A stretch of 64,000 bases of DNA from Pecten maximus. Lineage: Eukaryota. Positions 13,297 to 27,400 of the stretch are shown in pieces (position 1 is the stretch's first letter; the number at the start of each line of letters is the position of its first letter). The position numbers and the translations under genes are program-made. The stretch is taken from positions 11,780,001 through 11,844,000 of the forward strand of contig NC_047030.1 in NCBI RefSeq assembly GCF_902652985.1, read 5' to 3'. A model generated the notes under the pieces. That model saw nothing but the letters and a program-made list of their open reading frames with translations. It made no database searches and had not been told where the DNA came from.

Positions 13297-14622
13297 TATG
13301 AAAGGCCGTTCATGTCAAAAACGAGATACATTTAACGCGTTAAGCTTTAACGCGTTAAACACATTTAACGCGTTAAACATAACATTTAACGCGTTAGTTA
13401 AAACTAGTTTTAACGCGTTAAGCTTTAACGCGTTAAAGCTTAACGCGTTAAATGTAAACATTTAACGCGTTAAATGTAGTTCTCATTTAACGCGTTAAAG
13501 ACAGTTTTATCACGTTCATAATCATTTTTACGCGTTAAACTTTATCAGATTAACCAATCAGTTGCACCCTTGCATCAGCATTCGGATGAAAGTTCTTCAG
13601 GGAAACAGTTTAATGACAGAATATTACAGTACGCGTTGACAGAATATCAACACGTCAAAAAGAACGTTGATATCTCTGAAAACCGATTTAAACAGAGACC
13701 GTATCAAAATAATCAATTTGTGCAATGAATCAACAATTTCTTTTTCCTCTTTCACTGTGCTTCATTCTTTTGGTCATTTGTGTATTCATGAAGGTCTGTA
13801 AGATACATTGTTGTACATTACTGTAACTGGTACATTCTGATGACGTCACATTGTTTACTGACGTTCCGAGTTGTGTATGCACTCACCGACACGAAGGTGG
13901 CATTTTGTTCTGGGATATGGTAGTTTTGTCATCTTTGAACATTGATGAGATAATACAGAACATCTCACAATATACCATGTTATAAATGCAGTGTACAGAA
14001 AACGAGATGTAGAGACTGTATTTATCACTCCAACATCCATCAGCCTACTACAAGTAGGCCATTTGTCGATAGTTCGTCTATATGGTCGGCTGCCATGGCA
14101 ACATTGATGACAGTAAATATTCCTACATCTGGCAAATATAAACACACGATTAGAATTTAAATATAAAAGTAAACAGTAGTAAATTATTTAAAAGATAACA
14201 ACAATAATTACGATAGCAATAGCTGACGGTAGAGTCAATTCTCTCCAGAAAACTGGCTCTGGCAGCCATACTGTTAGTCCTTTAAATGCATAGATATCTA
14301 GTAGATACAGGGAATTCGATTGGTCTGTTATTTTAGTCATTTTAACGCGTTAAAACAAAAGCTACGACTTTTAACGCGTTAAACGAATGAAGCTGTTTAT
14401 CACGTTAAATGCTAGCTAAGTAACAAATTTAACGCGTTAAAATTCCATGAAAACATTTAACGCGTTAAGCTTTAACGCGTTAAAGCTTAACGCGTTAAGT
14501 CTTTACGCGTTAAAGCTAGTTTTAACGCGTTAAATGTTATGTTTAACGCGTTAAATGTGTTTTACGCGTTAAAGCTTAACGCGTTAAATGTATCTCGTTT
14601 TTGACATGAACGGCCTTTCATA
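13297..14622. mobile_element. Non-autonomous DNA transposon, 1326 bp, long TIRs, 6-bp TSD (IS3EU-like)
   Basis: TATGAAAGGCCGTTCATGTCAAAAACGAGATACATTTAACGCGTTAAGC at 13297 and its exact reverse complement ending at 14622; GTCAGG duplicated at 13291-13296 and 14623-14628; subterminal TTTAACGCGTTAAA arrays; no transposase ORF. Confidence 0.9.
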
Positions 14623-15925
14623 GTCAGGACTCTGTACGACACGTGGTGGCAGATTTCTCCATTGATGAACGGATCGGGGAAAGAAGGACAATGCATAATA
14701 GTTTGTGGTCGAATGAGGAAAGACATTTATGGTTTCTGGGGGAGGGGTAAGAATGGATCTTTTTCTAACTTAGTGCAACTAGGCCATGTGTAATTTTGAA
14801 AACGTTTCTAGGATTCTTTGGATCATTTCACTATGTTCTGTAACGTTTTCAGTATATTTCAGTTGTTGGCTTTATACATATGTCTTATAGGCATTGCAAG
14901 TTATTTTGTTTCTAATAATGTTAAAAGTCAAGTAGTTATATGGTTTACTATAGTCTAGTTTACTAACCGTAGACAAAAATAGAAATTTCAGTATATTTAT
15001 CTTGATAGCCAAGGTTTCTGATTATGTTACACTCCACGAAGCCTTGGCTAACGAAGATGGGTAGATACTAGTATATTATAGTAACAGACACGTAAGTATT
15101 AACTAGTCTGGTGTAATTTATGGGATTGAAGTGTCATCTACTGTCAGTATGGTAAGCAATTTTAAATGAGAATTATCAATCCACGAAACACACTTTAGGC
15201 CTATCTTCAGGTGAAAAAAAACTGTGGTATATTTTAAAACGAATTGATTTTAAACCGAATTGACATAACAAGATCTACATCGAATATGAGGCCGAAAAAC
15301 ACTTTTACTAACTGGATTTGTTAGTATCAACTGTTGTTGCCGATTAGTACTGCAATGAGTTACTTCCCTTCTTTTCAATCTTGAAGCACCTGCGTGATCC
15401 CGATGACTGAGATTTTCTTCTAAAAGTTGTTGTTGTAGCAACACGACGCTGGCGGGAATAGGTTCTTTGAACATTTGATACCAGGTGCTGTATAATTGAA
15501 TCGTTATAACCAAAAGGCCATTTGCAATGTTGTGAATGTAACGTTGCTTAACATCACCGAAATATTTTAATTTTGATGAGGTTACAACTGTACCAGATTG
15601 TTCTGAACCGTCTTGCACCACTTTTGTATCTTTCATGACATATTGATTACTGTAAACTATTAATAATGTATGAGGAAATCATTATAGATTAATCTAGTTG
15701 CATTGAACGCATACTTTATTTACCAAGTAAATAGTCTAAAATACTCACTGTAAAAGAAACCGTTTATGCACGTTGATATTCGATCAATATCGTTGATTTT
15801 TTTTTTGGGGGGGTGGGGGGGGGGGGGGGTGTGTGTTACAATAATAATGTTTACAATACATAGAAATATACATCTTTCTATATGACTCTCGTCAATTTTG
15901 CAGATTTTAGTGACTAGCTCACAGG

Positions 15926-18900
15926 ATGTCGGACATCCACTCTACCGCCTTTAGGTATGAGGCAGTGTGTACTGAAATGGGCATCGAGATGAACCCTTAC
16001 TTCACATTGATGTTTGATAAAGAAAAGGAAGATGCGGTTTTGTAAGTGTCACATGATCACATTAATGAGTAAAAAAAAAGACCTATGGAGAATGGGAATT
16101 GCATGTTTGTAGTTATGCACAGTAATATCTGTTTCAGAATTAAGTGTGTTTAAGTTTATAATGATAAAATACAAATAAACACGTGTGGATCCTAATTAAG
16201 CATGATTGTGGAGTTTGTGGTATGTTATGACAGCATTCCTATAATAATACGAATCACCTGGAGTGTACACTTTCATACTATTTCACCTTCAACTAAAACT
16301 AAGTGATCCTCAGCCTTTTAAGTAGGTATATATATATATATTAATTAATCTCCAGATTTAAGATTGTAAACTGATTCTTTGAAGACTTTGCTTATGATCA
16401 AGTAAAATATAAATGACAGAAAGTTTGTAAAAGACAATAAAGGAAAATAAATGACAGAAAGTTTGTAAAAGACAATAAAGGAAAACATTCTACATAATGT
16501 AATGAAAAACATAGAGGTGGAAAATACTTAATAATTTAGCTGATGCTGTTGATTTCTAAATAGATCAATTAACTGGCAGTTAAGAATGTATTTGTTAATT
16601 ATTCAGAATTCTATTAGCCAAAATGGTCATATGAATAATTGATGTGCAAGAGGAAAAATCAACTCATCTATAGCTCTCGGTGAATGTAGCAAATGAAATC
16701 ACCCATCTGCACAATTTGTTAATGTCATGGTCTGTTGACTTGCAAGGACTATCTTAAAACATTATTTATCATTATGTAGATCATATATGATATGGATCTA
16801 ACTTCACTATAATGCTGTAAATCATTACATAATTAATGTAACAATGGAATTATAAGAGAAATGTCTAAACTCATTATAATGGGGCAACTCCAACTTGGAA
16901 AGGTTGTAAGAATTAAGATATTTCCACAACCTTACACTATCTGTAATAGTCCATTAATATCATAATTTGAAGTTGCATCCATACTATTGACAATTTTAAA
17001 AATCTTACCATGAAAATAACACTCCAGAGTATCTTTCAATGCAAGATTTAAAAAAAAAATCAGGATGTCTTAATATACAAATGTACATTGCATGAAGTTT
17101 GACCCTTCCTGTATCACTTGTTTATTTGGCAGTGCATTTATAACATTGATTTAATTTCACTTGTGATTGATTAACAAACCACCAATAAACAACCCTTCAC
17201 ATTTTCAATACAAAACAGACTAAAGAAAAAAGGGTAAGTATTCATTGATGTAATTATTCATACTAAGTAAACAAAAATCTTGACCAAAATTTTGACTTTT
17301 ATAACAATATATGATTAAAACTAATGCTTTTTTTTTTACTTTTTAAAATTTGTTTTTATCCCCCTCCCTCCTAACAATTTTTCAGATTTAGTAATTTTCG
17401 TAGGAATTTTTCAGGGGAGTCAAGAACACCATTTCCAAAATTTGAAAGAGTCCTAATATAAGACATGTATCTTCGCTGACCAACAGTGTTAAATATGAGG
17501 GTACCAAATCGTAATTCTTGGTAAGCGAAGATTAATATTAGAAGATTTATTGGATACATAGAAGTTAAGTGGGTCCCAAAGGAAAGGCACGTAACCAGGA
17601 TTCAATTATCTGAGTTATGAACTTTTGATATAGAAATATTGAAGCAGTAATATTTGGTCCAGGTTTTTTTGTTTGATTCCATTACATACTGTCCACTGTA
17701 TACTTTACACAATGTTTAGTGTTTGTTTTGAATCTTAACACTCTTTCCTTTATAGTTAGTAAGTCTTCTCTCCTAACAGCATGTCACAAAAGCTGCATGA
17801 CATTGAAGATTAAAACAACAATGGTGTCGCATGCAATATCTGCAACATGGGAAGTTTGAAAACACAGAGAATGGCTGTGTTATATGTATCTGATTACTTA
17901 GTATTAGAAATACTTGTAGTCTTAACTTGATTGGTAATCTTGTACTATAACTCACAAAATATCTTAATATTGCCTTTTCCTAATTACCAACCAGGTTTAA
18001 TCTATTGCTACCCGATGTATCATATCTGTGATGTGTGTAACATTGCATTTAACTTCTGCTTAAATTCAACATTACTGCTGACAGACCCAGTGGTATTCAC
18101 ACTGAACCTTCAGTTAACGCGAGCCCTTCCTACTGTGACACAGACCCAGAATACTGAAACCTACAGTTAACTCTGCCATTCCTACTGCGACACAGACCTA
18201 GTGATATTCACACTGAAACCTTCAGTTAACTCTGCCATTCCTACTGTGACACAGACCCAGTGATATTCACACTGAAACCTTCAGTTAACTCTGCCATTCC
18301 TACTGTGACACAGACCCAGTGATATTCACACCGAAACCTTCAGTTAATTCGGCCATTCCTACTGTGACACAGACCCAGTGGTATTCACACTGAAACCTTC
18401 AGTTAATTCGGCCATTCCTACTGTGACACAGACCCATTGATATTCACACTGAAACCTTCAGTTAACTCTGCCATTCCTACTGTGACACAGACCCAGTGAT
18501 ATTCACACTGAAACCTTCAGTTAATTCAGCCCTTCCTACTGTGACACGGATTCAGTGGTATTCACACTGAAACCTTCAGTTAATTAATTCGGCCCTAAGA
18601 CCTACTATGACACAGACCCAGAGGTATTCACACCGAAACCTTCAGTTAACTCAGCCCTTAATTCCTACTGTGACACGGATTCAGTGGTATTCACACTGAA
18701 ACCTACAGCACTATGTGTAAGCTGTTAATATTCTATTTCAGAGAAAAGGTTTTTGATTACATACTTAACCTGTAGGTGTTTCTATTTCACCGTCATCACA
18801 GTAAGTGCCAGTTATCTCCCCTGAATTCTATACACCATTATTCTACATACCTTACTGTTTTAGGCTGCTCTGAATGAATGCACTCTATTTATACCACATT

Positions 18901-21900
18901 CTTGCCGTCATTATTTTGTGTCTTTTTTTTCCTGATTGTCCATCTTAATGATTTTCTTCGACACCCAACACATTCTGTTTGAATCTAGAGACGTTTCCTA
19001 ATTGGAAACTTTTGTATTTTGGGTCGATCTGTATTATTCAGCAATAATTGTAATTTCAAAATATAAAATTCCCAGATAACAGCTGCAGTAATTTTTTTGC
19101 CCATAAATGAGATTTTAAGCTAACTTAATGTATGTTTCATTGGATTTAATGTTTTCAATCATCAGCTTATAAAGTATGTACTTTTCCTGTTCATGCATAA
19201 TCATATTGCCAATAATCCAAATTTCAGGATTTGGCAAAAGTTTTTCTGGAAATTAAGTAAACATGTATATTATCAGATTAAATTTTTTACAGAAGTAAAA
19301 CAATGTTTATATTATTACTGTGGGTAAATTACAGTGAATGAAAATTTACAATAATGTGTATTAATTACATGATGTAATTAAGATGGTGAGTCCATGAGCC
19401 TGTACCCATTTTATAATTAAGATGATGAATAATTTACAGCAAGTTATTATTAGAATATGTTAATTACAGTGAGTTTAAGGAGTCTATGGACCTGTACCTG
19501 GCCGGGAACAACAAGCTGCTGACAGACAAACGTTTGGAGGACTCAGATGCAGAGGCGCTGTATAAAACTCTGTGTAATAACACATACGTCCAGGGTCTGG
19601 ATCTCCGCTACAACAACTTAACCAATGTTGGCGCCAAACACATTGCCAAATTGCTTGAGGTTTGTAGCTATAGAGGATCTTTACAGTGATATGTCTCAAG
19701 TCTTTAGACAAGTACTAGTGTATTGATTTGTACAATGAGTTAATAAGCTCCATATAACATTTATACATTTGTTAAATTCTCTTATTAATTCACACACTTA
19801 ATATCTCATATCCATGCAAAAAATAAAAAAATGCCTCAAATATATTCATTGCTCACATATGTAAACAGAAACATTATACTTTTCAAAATGACTGTTCCCT
19901 TTAGTGGATCATGTATGTCAGAAATTACACTCAATGTTAATATAAGTAATGGATGTCGGAGCAAATGGTGTACCTGGTCCTATAACACACATTACTATTG
20001 GTGACAGAATATAGCATCTTCGCATTCATTTCTTAAAGTAAATCATTTTACCAGAATCCTGAATCTAACACCATTTTATTTGTCTTTTCTGTTTGTAGGA
20101 TACGGTGACTCTGAAGCATTTGAACTTGATGTGTAATGAAATTGAATCGGAGGGAGCAGAAGCCATTGCCAGGGCCTTAAATGTATGAGCACCTGCTATA
20201 TCTACACTGCATTCATACAGCACTTAATATATGTACACTGCATTCAAACTGCACTTATAATATATTTACACTGCTTTCAAACTGCACTTAAACTGTTTTT
20301 ACCCTGCATTCATATTGCACTTATACATGTACTGTATTTAAACTGCATTCATATTGCACTTATACTATATTAACACTGCACTTACACTGTTTTTATGCTG
20401 TTTTTATACTGCACTCATTTTGTATTTATACTGCATTCATAATGCACCTATAGGCTATACTGTATTTATACTTATTGATACTGCATTCACACTGTATTAT
20501 GTACTTCATTTATAATGCATTCATACTGCACTTACACTGTATTCATACTGCATTCACAATGCATTTTTACTTCTTTTATTCTGAATTATTGTCTGGTCTC
20601 ATTTTAAACTTAATCTTTTTTACAATTGTGAGAGCACTACCACCTGTAACTGTGTGTGTATACTTGTATATGTAAAAACATAAAAATAGCATGACTATAT
20701 ATGTTTCAGAAAAATGAGAGCTTGCGAGTGCTGAGGTTAAATGGAAATAAGATTGGTAACAGAGGAGGAATGTGTTTTGCTCAGATGTTACAAGTGAATA
20801 AAACCTTAGAGGCTCTTGACCTTGGTGATACTGACATGGTAAGTGTTAACGTTTGAAAATCATAATTGATTATTGGTTAAACATCAATTACCAGTAATCT
20901 TTTTTTGTAATTGTTTGGTCCTTGTCCCGTGCCCAGATTTTCTTCCATTTTGATTGGATGTTGCATGGTTATAATTAGTTCTATAATTGTTATTGCACTT
21001 TTCCCATATACTTAATTAGCTTGTAAGCCATTGAGCCTATTAACTCTACCTGTTTTACTTTTAATAAACCACAATGTTTTGACCTCAGTATATGCTGAAA
21101 AATTGTCATTGCCAAGGCCTTACATATATATATATGAGCACCTGCTGTATTCATACTGCATTCATATTGCACTTACACTGTTTTTGTAACTGTTCTTCCC
21201 ACCGTCTTTATCTATCAACCCTTGTGGTTTTTGTGTTTCAGACAATTGAGGCAGTAATTGCTCTCCCCACAGTCCTCTACAGAAACACTACACTGAAGGC
21301 CCTTAATGTAAACCGACCTCTCCTCTTCAGCTGCCAGGAGGAGACAACTGTTCATTTTGCCAAGATGCTTAAAGTAAGAAAGAGAACAAATAGTTTTTTT
21401 TGCTGTAAGAAGTTATATGTGGAAATAATGTAGTCTTCAAGCAGAAAAAACCATGTGCTGGTATAGTAAATATTAATAATATTTATAATACTGAAACATT
21501 GGGGGAAACAAATCTTCCACCTTATTTGTATATTATCATCTGTGGAATGTATTTTCTTCCATTTTCCAGGTAAATACATCTTTAGAAGAACTTCATCTAC
21601 AGAAGTATGACATGAGAGATTTTGGAGCCACACGATTAGCTGAAAATTTGATGGAAAATATGACATTTACCTACCTTAATCTCAGCTGGTGAGACATTCA
21701 TGATAAAACTTACTCTAAATGAATAATAGATTTCTCTATCAAAAACATTTCTCATTGTGATCTTGATAATGTAATAAACATTACAACATTCATGACAAAC
21801 TCACTATACCAGTCCTTGTTTGTGGCCCATTTAATGTAATTTCTATGTCTATCAACATTAGCGAGATGACATGGATTGCCTTTTCTGCATGTTGGCATCG

Positions 21901-23844
21901 TTGAAAACAAACCAGCCTTTGTTCTTTTCCTTTGACTCAAATGACAAGAGTATATTGACTGTCCTCGGTTTCCAACGATGCCTTTTGGTTTATCTGTCAT
22001 CGGTTAAACAGTTTTTTTTTGTTCAGCTCTATTTCTATCAAGAAGTCAAAAAGTAGTTGCATAAAATGTCCTGTATTTTGAATAGTACTGTATCACAACA
22101 TTAAAATGATTGTCATTAAAACTTCTTTTAACTGACCTCCATTAGTTTTTGCATTTCCATTCTAAAAAAGAGATAAGGTATGTTAAGAAGAAAAATAAAT
22201 ACAAATAATAGTTCCTTTAAGGCCAGTATATTGACATATTTTCATGAAAATTTACAACAGAATATTTTATTGATGTTTGATCTATTAGAATTAAAAGAAG
22301 AGAGAAAAAAAGAAATACAGTATATAATTAGCTTGAACTACTTTTGATTATTTTTCTTTTAAAATTTTGTTGTGATTTTACAGCAATAGAATCACCCGAG
22401 ATGGAACAAAAGAACTTGCCAAAGTTTTAAAAAATAACACATCCATCAAAACCCTGGATCTAGGTTTCAACAGATTGGAAGATGACGGTGCCATGCACTT
22501 AGCTGAGGCCATAGCTACATACAACACTACACTAGAGACGTAAGTCTACATTATCGACCATATGTACCACAGGGACTTGACATGAATTTCAAACCCAAGG
22601 TTCATATGTACCTTTAAAGGTTGGAAATTTGTGCCAAGTCCCTATGGTATATAATTATGAACTGTTCACATGTCATTGTGGAATTAACAAATTTCTGTCA
22701 AGTTACATTTCATGTGTGTTTTATTTTGTTGATTTCATGGGCAGTTTTAATAAAGGAGCTTGTATGTCCACAAATACTGTTTAAGTTTCATATGAACAAT
22801 CAATATAAACAGATTTTTGGTTACTACTAGTCCACACAAAAATAACCTGGTATATGATTTTACATTGGCTGGATTAGACTGCGTTTAAAACACAGGTTAT
22901 AATGGGTAATACCTGTTCATAAGAAATTTTATTACAGTTGTCATGCAAGATATGACAGGATTCTGAAGACTAGCATATAAGAGTCAGATTAGAAGATTAT
23001 TGTAGTATCAGCTCTATGTGTTGATTTTACAGTTTGGTGGTGGCCAGTAATAACATAGGAAACAAGGGCCTGTGTGCCCTGGCCGACGCCATGAAGACCA
23101 ACACAACCCTCACCAGTATATTTATCTGGGGAAACAATCTGGAAGAGCCTGCCTGCATTGTAAGTTGTAATTTTGTCAGATAATCAACTACATGATGAAC
23201 TATCATAAAGTTCAGTTAAGTGATAACTGACATTTATCATAAAGTTCAGTAAAAGTAATACCATTTATCAAAGTAATAACATTTATCATAAAGTTCAGTA
23301 AAGTGATAACTGACATTTATCATATAGAGTTCAGTAAAGTAATAACATTTATCATAAAGTTCAGTATATGTAGTTATAGCATTTATCAAAGTAATAACAT
23401 TTGTCATAAAGTTCAGTAAAGTAATAACTAATAAGTAATAAAAAGAATTAGTATTTTTCACTAAAAATTGTGATACTGATACTGTGTTTAATATTTACTG
23501 TCAAGGTTTTCCGATTTTCGTAGTTTAACTCAACTCTCAAAAAGAGCATAAAATAGAATCATTAAAAAGAGTAACCTTTTACAGTTACTAAAATGTCTAA
23601 CACTCTTGTTGCTTTTCAGGCTTTTGCAAGTTTGCTGGAGACAGGTCGACTGAAGCCTGAGAACACTGATGTACAGGCGTATGTTGTAGATGGCGTGACC
23701 AAGTTGTGTGAACTCAGCAATCAAATCCGCCGCCATTATTACTGGGCCCCAAACTATGGCAACGATGTCCCATCCTGGCAGCCGAGGGGAAAGAATCCAC
23801 GTGGCTCTGATGTTGTCATCATGAAAAATCTGACTGTGTACTGA
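15926..23844 (+). CDS. LRRC34: Leucine-rich repeat-containing protein 34 (RNI-like LRR), 9 coding exons, 425 aa
   Basis: Exons 15926-16041, 19470-19659, 20099-20182, 20710-20838, 21242-21373, 21570-21688, 22384-22539, 23033-23159, 23620-23844; all GT-AG and phase-consistent (1278 nt). Motifs LAGNN, LDLRYNNL, LDLGDTD, NRPLLFSCQEETTVH, IFIWGN, YVVDG...HYYW match LRRC34. Confidence 0.92.
18080..18710. repeat. ~59-bp minisatellite in an LRRC34 intron
   Basis: Unit ACTGTGACACAGACCCAGTGATATTCACACTGAAACCTTCAGTTAACTCTGCCATTCCT, ~10 copies. Confidence 0.93.
20200..20560. repeat. Degenerate short-period repeat (ACTGCATTCAT / ACTGCACTTA)
   Basis: Recurrent ~11-bp motif in the LRRC34 intron after coding exon 3. 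Confidence 0.7.
23200..23430. repeat. ~30-34-bp degenerate tandem repeat
   Basis: CATTTATCATAAAGTTCAGTAAAGT(G)ATAAC repeated in the last LRRC34 intron. Confidence 0.8.
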
Positions 23845-24548
23845 TTAGGACAATCAATCCAACAATACCTGTATCTTAAATCCAAGTGTCATTTGTGACT
23901 TGATAGAAATGCATTTTATAAATTTTATCCTTTTCACAATAACAATATCTCATTGAAGGAAAAAACATATTGTGAATTACTTCAATTTGAAACTTCACAA
24001 TTTTCTAGTTTATTGAGAGAACTTTCTTTAGACATTGGATTTTACAGGTTTGAAAAAAAGTTACCAGGTAATGATTTTGTTTTGAAACAGAATCTGTCCA
24101 GCGTTCATAGTAATACCCTTGACAAACGCTTTGTTGAATATGAGGATTCAGATTTCCATCCATTCATATTTTCCTTTGACTTTCATGGACAATTCAGCAT
24201 GAAGAACTTGGACCAAGCTCTGGGGGTAAACTTCTCAAATATGTAAATAATTTGATGAAGAAGACCATGTCTGCCTGTGATTAGTCAATGACTACATGTT
24301 CTGTGATATTTACCAATAAATTATTCATCTTTCCATGGAAAAGCGTTATTGGTTTAAAGGAAAAATATTAGTTATGGAAATTTCCTTAAATTCTGCAATG
24401 CTTTCCTAAGGAATTTTTTAAATTACAAATTGTAAGGAATGATAATGAAACTGGTGCCTGGTCTGGTTGCAAAGTAGGGCTGACAAGCTTGTTTTAAATA
24501 AGACTTATCATATGTTATGTGTTCCTGAACACAAAACATCATAGACAA

Positions 24549-24611
24549 TAGCCCGAGATTCTCTGGCCCCGACACCAGACATAGTGTCAGGGCCAGAGAA
24601 AACTCTGGCTA
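24549..24611. mobile_element. 63-bp hairpin mini-element with TAG...CTA termini (Academ-like)
   Basis: TAGCCCGAG.TTCTCTGGCCCCGACAC-loop-GTGTCAGGGCCAGAGAA..CTCTGGCTA; flanks CATAGACAA / TATGGACAA match at 7 of 9 positions. Confidence 0.55.
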
Positions 24612-24979
24612 TATGGACAATAACCACCTAATTTGACCTTTATTGATGACAAGCAGCAAAGTAAGGTTTCAAGAACAGTGACCACCTACTTTTAATGCAA
24701 ATGTTGTTTTATTACATAGTGGGTACCCAACACAATAAAATATTCATAGTTGATTCTGTGTTTAATGCTTTTTCAATTCATGGACTAAACTTTACACATA
24801 AAACTCTTGTTGAAATTTCATTCATGAATGTTTTATACAAGAGTAGCAGGTTTAGTTTGCTTTGGTGATGCAAGCTCTCCACAAAACGGATTCAAAGTCT
24901 GGATATTTCCAAAACAATATACATGTAGAATGCAATTTATAGTACCATATTAAGAAATTTTAATTAACAATGTTCCTTG

Positions 24980-27400
24980 TTATGTTGCTCCTGCAAAATT
25001 AAATCTGAAAGTATTTTCTGTTTTCTGCATTACAAAACTTTTGACTGTAGATGTGTTTTCATCACAAATCGAGTTGTCTTTGTCACTGTTTTCTGTGTTT
25101 GTGTCATCTACAGATGATTCTGATGGCGATTGAAAACCAAATGAAAAATCTCCCCCAGACTTGACAAAAGTGAATTGTTCAAGTCTTTCAGACACTTCAT
25201 CTTCATGACTTCTCATAGAGTTGTCTCCCTTCTGTGCAGAGTTATCTCCCATAGATGACGGTTGATGGGACTCGTTATTGATTTGATTGGTCAACAGAGA
25301 TGGACCATCACCTGACTGGCTGTTATACTGTTTACTGACACTTTTCTTGTAGAACACAGATTTGTAACCACTGCTGTCAGGTATAGATGTCATCTTTGTT
25401 TTCTTTAATTCTGTGGAATAGCAGGAAAAATATTTCACACATACTTATTCCAGAAATATTTCTATTTACAGATGAATGCATCAATACAATGTCAATGTAT
25501 AAGTAAAGAAACACAAAATTACAATTTTGAGATTTGGCCCTGTGACCTTGACCTACAGCGATGTACCCATGAACTCTTTGCTTCCATCCACAAACAACTT
25601 TGATTCATATTGTAATAGAAAATATTTACCAGTCAGAACATTTGAACTTTGAACCTTAAATCCAGTGAACTTGACCATTGGGCACACAATTCATCATATG
25701 ATTTCAATCAGGTTTCTTTATAATGTAACAAAATGAAGTAGGAAAAAAATATCATTTAACATAGACCTTTGACCTTGTGACCTTGATTTGATCCTTGGCT
25801 TTTGACCAGATTGGTGTTTTGGCCATATATAAAGGGAGAACAGGTATAAAATTTGAGAACAATCTGCCTTGTACTTTCCTAGAAATGTAATTTCTGACAG
25901 ATCTCGGAGGGATCTTGACGCTCACCATTAAATGATATTGGTTCTTTGTCGGACTGATATTCTCTCTACAATTCCCTTCTTCCTTTTCCCCCCTTTTAAT
26001 AATCTGATAACATGAACAAGTGGAACTTACATGTGAAGCTTGAGAAACATCCCTCCAATACTTTTCGACAAATAACTATCATAAACTTCCATGATCAAAA
26101 TCCAAGATGGCAGCATGTTGGCCATTTTGTTTCTAACTAAAAATCTTAATTAAATTGGCACAACTAGGGGCCGTTGGGAACAAACACATTAAGTTTGAGG
26201 AATATCCATCAAGCAATTTTCAAGAAATAGCAATAACAATTCTCAATTCTCAAAATCCAAGATGGCCACCATTTTGTTTTTCTGAACAAAAATCTAAATT
26301 GGAGTGGCACAACTAGGGACCAAGGGAACCTACACATGAAGTTCAAGGAATATTCCTCTAGTACTTTTCAAGAAATAGTGATAACAAGGATTGTTTAAGG
26401 ACTGACCATGGTCACAGGGCTTTTTGAATAGTCCACCATCTGATGATAATGAGCTAATAAACTCTGCATTATAGCCTTGAAACAAGATGGATGCCTGCAT
26501 GGTGAGCATTTTCTTTCATTAATAGAAGTGATGCTGCTTAGGTTCCATTTGGACACTGTACATCATCTGAGATTGGTTAACTTACCATGCATTCTCAGAT
26601 TGTGTACATAGTATCTAGTATCTGCAGTACTTTTGGAAATAACAAATTACAATAAAAAGATTGTTTGATGGATGACAGAATGATGGAATGAGGTTGAATG
26701 ATGAAAGGTCATTCTGATTGTAGGGCTAAACATTGATAAAATAGTTCAAAACTCCAAGGGAAAGAATTTCATTGAAATCAATAATATCAACATACTTGCT
26801 GCACTTTTTTTCTCTGCATTGAGCATCTTCAGTCGGTAGTCACCAAAAGCATTTCTCATAACTTGTCGTTTCTTTATCACCGGAGCTTTGTCACTACAGA
26901 GAATCTTCAACATCTTCTGTGCCTCACGAGCTATTACAGAAAACAGAATGAAGAGAGATAGGTTGATAACTGATAACTCCAGTACATTTCTGCTTAGTCT
27001 AAAAAACAAAGTCATTTAAGTTATTCAAGTATCATATTTCTTCAACCAAAACTGTAAATCATGTTTTTAATATGAAAATGTGTCTATTTTAAGTTAAATG
27101 CATGATTCATATCTTATCGATGGCAACCAAATTCAACTTCAGATATTCCATTGAAAAGGAACTTTCCTGAAATTTTGTAATGCTTTCCTATGGAAAATTT
27201 TATGTAAGGAATGCTGATGAAACCAAGGTTTGGTTACTAGAATAGTTTTACATGGATTGGCAGGCTAGTAAAAATATATCGATATACTTGTGTAGAGATC
27301 ATAACTTACCTTGTTTGGAATCTGGATTCTGTGTTTCTAGTCCAAGGTGTAGTTGTTCAACACACCAATGTAATTCTCTTATAAACTGCTCTTCTGTTGT
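24980..27400 (-). CDS. C8orf33: UPF0488 protein C8orf33 homolog (last three coding exons; first exon not identified)
   Basis: Exons 27400-27310 (EEQFIRELHWCVEQLHLGL), 26930-26796 (LKILCSDKAPVIKKRQVMRNAFGDYRLKM), 25410-24980 (ends FRFNFAGAT*); GT-AG with consistent phases; motifs match the UPF0488 family. Confidence 0.85.
25900..26460. mobile_element. Degenerate Helentron/HINE-type element with ~165-bp internal repeats
   Basis: Repeated AAAATCCAAGATGGC...CCATTTTGTT...GGCACAACTAGGG...AAGTTTGAG units. Confidence 0.55.

Noticed and set aside
23953-24246. 97-aa ORF after LRRC34
   Set aside because: Non-ATG start, no recognisable motif; likely 3' UTR.
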